Positions 61,188 to 64,000 of a stretch of 64,000 nt of DNA are shown one piece after another. The position numbers and the translations under genes were made by a program. This stretch comes from an uncultured virus (IMG/VR IMGVR_UViG_3300039039_000012) (Duplodnaviria > Heunggongvirae > Uroviricota > Caudoviricetes > Crassvirales): IMG/VR virus record IMGVR_UViG_3300039039_000012; one strand, given 5' to 3'. Every line of letters starts with the position of its first letter. The first letter of the stretch is position 1. The notes below the pieces were generated by a model that saw nothing but the letters and a program-made list of their open reading frames with translations, did no database searches and was not told where the DNA came from.

Positions 61188-61353
61188 GTGTTATCAACAA
61201 TAGTTTTGCTGATGCTGTTGCTAGTGTTCAACATGGAAATGCTCATTATCAACATTAAATATATTGCAGCAAACGAACCTAACAGTCTGATAAGACTTGT
61301 CAATCATGAACTAGCTGCAAGTTCTGATAAGGCTTATCCTAATATTAAACATC

Positions 61354-61668
61354 ATGAAAGTACATCGTATTATTACTACTATTACTACTATTGAAGTTGA
61401 GAATGATAATTCTATTACTTCTGTTGAACTTACTAAACTTTATCCTACTAATGCTGATATTCCTCTTGCTGTTACCAATATAACCATTAATGGTAATGCT
61501 GATGATATCAAACAAGTATATGATGTTATTAGCGAATGTCGATTAGGTATTGCTGGTAAATTAAAAAGTATCGCTAACATTGTTAATGCTGGTTTTGATA
61601 ATTATAAATGGGATACTATAACTGATGATAATTCTACTAATGAAATTAATGATGATTTACTCCTATAA
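61354..61668 (+). CDS. Hypothetical protein (104 aa)
   Basis: Downstream of the third promoter-like repeat. Confidence 0.55.
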   Translation: MKVHRIITTITTIEVENDNSITSVELTKLYPTNADIPLAVTNITINGNADDIKQVYDVISECRLGIAGKLKSIANIVNAGFDNYKWDTITDDNSTNEINDDLLL

Positions 61669-62539
61669 CATTTTGTTATACTGATATTGGTCATGGAGAT
61701 TTACTCTCATAACAAAAAGTTATAGAGGTGAAATTAGAGGTGACTAGAGGTATTGAATGTGGAGAAAGAGTATGTGGAGATGAAAGTGATGAATGTGGAG
61801 TTCGTGGAGAATGAGATGGTGGAGTTGGATGTGGTTCAAATAGGGTTAAATTGAGGTTGAATGTGGAGTTGGGAGTGATTGTGGTAGTGGTGAATGTGGA
61901 GATGGGTGTGGAGATGGTCATGCTAAAGAGACTAGTCCTGCTGGTATTCCTCTTCCTCCTCTTCATCATTCTCTTAATCCTCTTCCTAATCAATCTAAAC
62001 CTATTGTTCCAACTCCCTCTCTTTCTCTCCTATAACTTCTCGTTATAACTCCATAACTTTTCATTATAACCACTATAACTATTAGTTATACTATCATCTT
62101 CTCAGTCTCATTCATTATAACCTTTGGTTATACCATCATCATCAACATTAGTTCTGACATCAGCTTTAGCTCTAGTTTCGTCATAAACTTTATCGTTAAG
62201 CCCAGTATTAAGACTAGTCCTAACAGTATTATCAAGTCTAATAAGACTTCTAGTCATAATGACCAATAGCATTAGTTCTAGTTAATAATAGCACTATTAA
62301 TATTATCAGTATTATAATGACTATTAATACTAGTCATGCTAATATTGCTGGTGGTATTACTAATGATATTCTTAATATTCTTGATATTACTGATTCTCTT
62401 TATACTAATGATACTCTTGATACTATTGATATTTATTATACTCGTAGTAAGTTAATTCCTATTGCTATAACTATTTTAATTATTTTAACATAGCTATTGA
62501 TTATTAGTTAGAATTATAGTATAAATAAATTATAATATA

Positions 62540-62570
62540 TTTGGAGTATTATATTTAATTATTATATTTG
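62540..62570 (+). promoter_or_regulatory. Canonical Bacteroidota sigma promoter
   Basis: TTTG-N19-TATATTTG upstream of the ORF at 62635. Confidence 0.65.
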
Positions 62571-62634
62571 TCGTGTTGTTCAGTAGAGTAATATTGCTAC
62601 TGATAATAATATTAATCTTAAACTTATAAGTGTT

Positions 62635-63252
62635 ATGGTAAATTTTGATAATGTTACTAGTAATGTTCAATCTAAGCCTAGAAAGAAAACTATGGCTGAA
62701 AGTTTAGAAGAAGCTAAACAAGAGGGTAAACTTGTTGTTCCTGAAGAAGATACACAAGTTAATGCTGTTGTTAGTAGTGAAACTGTTCAACCTAAGAATA
62801 AAGCTAGGAAGAAGAAACAAAGTAAAGTTCGTAAACAGGAAGAACAAACTACTGTTGTTAGTCAATCTAATGAAGATAATGATTTTAAAGATGCTAAGAC
62901 TGATAAGCGTGGTGTTCCTGTTGGAATTAATGTTCCTCAGCATATTCTTGATGTAGTTTGTATTGTTAAGTTTAATGCTGCTTTTAGACGTCATACTTCT
63001 CTTAATATTCTTCATACTTTAGAAGACGATGGTAGGATTAATAACTCTAAAGGTGCTTATGTTGATTTTCTATGGAATAAGTTTAGAGTTACTGCTGATG
63101 GTGGTCTTCGTAGAGAATATAGATATATAGAAGATTTATTTATTGATGCTCTTGTTAAAGCTCATGCTGATGTAGCTACTGATAATCAAAAGGTTATTAA
63201 TAGTATGATTGATACAGAAGCTGAACTTAATAAAGCTAAATCTCCTGATTAA
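62635..63252 (+). CDS. Hypothetical protein (205 aa)
   Basis: Preceded by a host-type promoter; charged disordered N terminus. Confidence 0.65.
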   Translation: MVNFDNVTSNVQSKPRKKTMAESLEEAKQEGKLVVPEEDTQVNAVVSSETVQPKNKARKKKQSKVRKQEEQTTVVSQSNEDNDFKDAKTDKRGVPVGINVPQHILDVVCIVKFNAAFRRHTSLNILHTLEDDGRINNSKGAYVDFLWNKFRVTADGGLRREYRYIEDLFIDALVKAHADVATDNQKVINSMIDTEAELNKAKSPD

Positions 63253-63432
63253 CTAAGTTTGTAGTATAGACTCCCCGTGGAGGATGATAGTGTTGTTGAA
63301 TTAGTTAAAGCTAGTCTTCATTTGCTATTCATTTTTATCCATTTTGTTACAGGGTTTTATATTTGTTTGTTTAGAGTTAAATACATTGATGATAATCATC
63401 CTCTACTCGGAGTTTATTTTAAATATATTATT

Positions 63433-63612
63433 ATGGAAAGAACTGATATTTATTTTGTTGAAGATGATACAAGTTTCAATAATAATGTTGAAGGTGTTGA
63501 AATTCATGCAGAATGTCTAAGTCAAGATTATGATGACATTGCTTGGGAACCAACAATTGATGATACTCCTGCTGTTGATCCTGAAAATGATATTTTTGGT
63601 TATTACGATTAA
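63433..63612 (+). CDS. Small acidic protein (59 aa, MERTDIYF...)
   Basis: Likely start at 63433; strongly D/E-rich. Confidence 0.5.
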   Translation: MERTDIYFVEDDTSFNNNVEGVEIHAECLSQDYDDIAWEPTIDDTPAVDPENDIFGYYD

Positions 63613-63627
63613 TTAAATGTTTGTATT

Positions 63628-64000
63628 ATGAATTATAATGAAATTTTTGCAAGTTGTATTATGTCTGAATTACATAACGAAGCCGATTTATCAAAAAGTT
63701 GTGAATATTGTAAAGAATTAGCTGATTTTAGTGAAGCTATTAAAGGTAAAGGTTTATCTAGTAAAGAATATGCTCTAGCTATTAATTTATTTAGTTTTGT
63801 TTATAGAGAAAAACATCATGTTGAATCTTTTGGTAATACTAGAGAAAGTGTTATTGAATATGCTCTTGATAATTTTCAAATAGATTGGTTAGTAAGACGT
63901 TGGGATAACGTAATTAAATCTAAGGATGAACTTAAAAATGTTATTGCTGTTCTTCCTCAAAGTTTTAAAAATATTATTGTTGATATTGTTGATACGCAAT
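63628..64000 (+). CDS. Hypothetical protein, partial (MNYNEIFASC...)
   Basis: Open to the window end. Confidence 0.55.
   Translation, partial: MNYNEIFASCIMSELHNEADLSKSCEYCKELADFSEAIKGKGLSSKEYALAINLFSFVYREKHHVESFGNTRESVIEYALDNFQIDWLVRRWDNVIKSKDELKNVIAVLPQSFKNIIVDIVDTQ

Larger units (their letters stand above)
60060..61261 (+). promoter_or_regulatory. Three copies of TGCTCATTATCAACATTAAATA (60060-60084, 60305-60329, 61240-61261), putative early promoters
   Basis: Identical 22-bp core, each 50-95 bp upstream of a plus-strand ORF. Confidence 0.7.
1452..63413. repeat. Dispersed 17-bp repeat ACYCCCCGTRGAGGATG (about 20 copies)
   Basis: Plus copies start at 1452, 7313, 13772, 20758, 26595, 31382, 35625, 41829, 48643, 54195, 56578, 58657, 63270. 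Minus copies start at 5038, 13329 (1 mismatch), 20546 (2), 31647, 45916, 58774, 63397 (2). Confidence 0.95.

Noticed and set aside
60385..61200. 271-aa minus-strand ORF
   Set aside because: Antisense shadow of ssb
1452..63413. 17-bp motif or the 22-bp early repeat as a CRISPR array
   Set aside because: Copies are hundreds to thousands of bases apart, with no spacer-sized regularity and no cas genes
1..64000. Stop-codon reassignment, known in some Crassvirales
   Set aside because: Genes are long and tile the window under the standard code; the TGA in TR is in a non-coding template
1..64000. tRNA genes or a second DGR variable region
   Set aside because: None recognised by eye; tRNAscan-SE and a TR self-search would be needed to exclude them

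Overview
AT-rich, gene-dense segment of a crAss-like bacteriophage (Crassvirales; the capsid protein resembles the p-crAssphage/Intestiviridae type; probable Bacteroidota host). Bases 1-58.5 kb are one minus-strand block: IHF-like/nuclease/lysis genes, terminase, portal, scaffold-like protein, major capsid, neck/ring proteins, tail fibres including a BACON-like repeat protein, a diversity-generating retroelement (DGR), tail tube/muzzle, ejected cargo proteins and the start of the giant virion RNA polymerase gene. After a strand switch at about 58.6-59.0 kb come plus-strand genes (RepL-like, SSB-like, small ORFs). Most notable: (1) a GC-rich 17-bp motif ACYCCCCGTRGAGGATG found about 20 times, read in five different coding frames, with plus-strand copies spaced about 4-7 kb apart and a subset carrying a GNA-zipper hairpin; (2) a DGR whose reverse transcriptase has lost its N-terminal part and whose template repeat shows an all-or-none AG->GG difference relative to the variable region; (3) a triplicated 22-25 bp promoter-like motif ahead of the early genes. 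All calls come from reading the sequence by eye; no searches were run.
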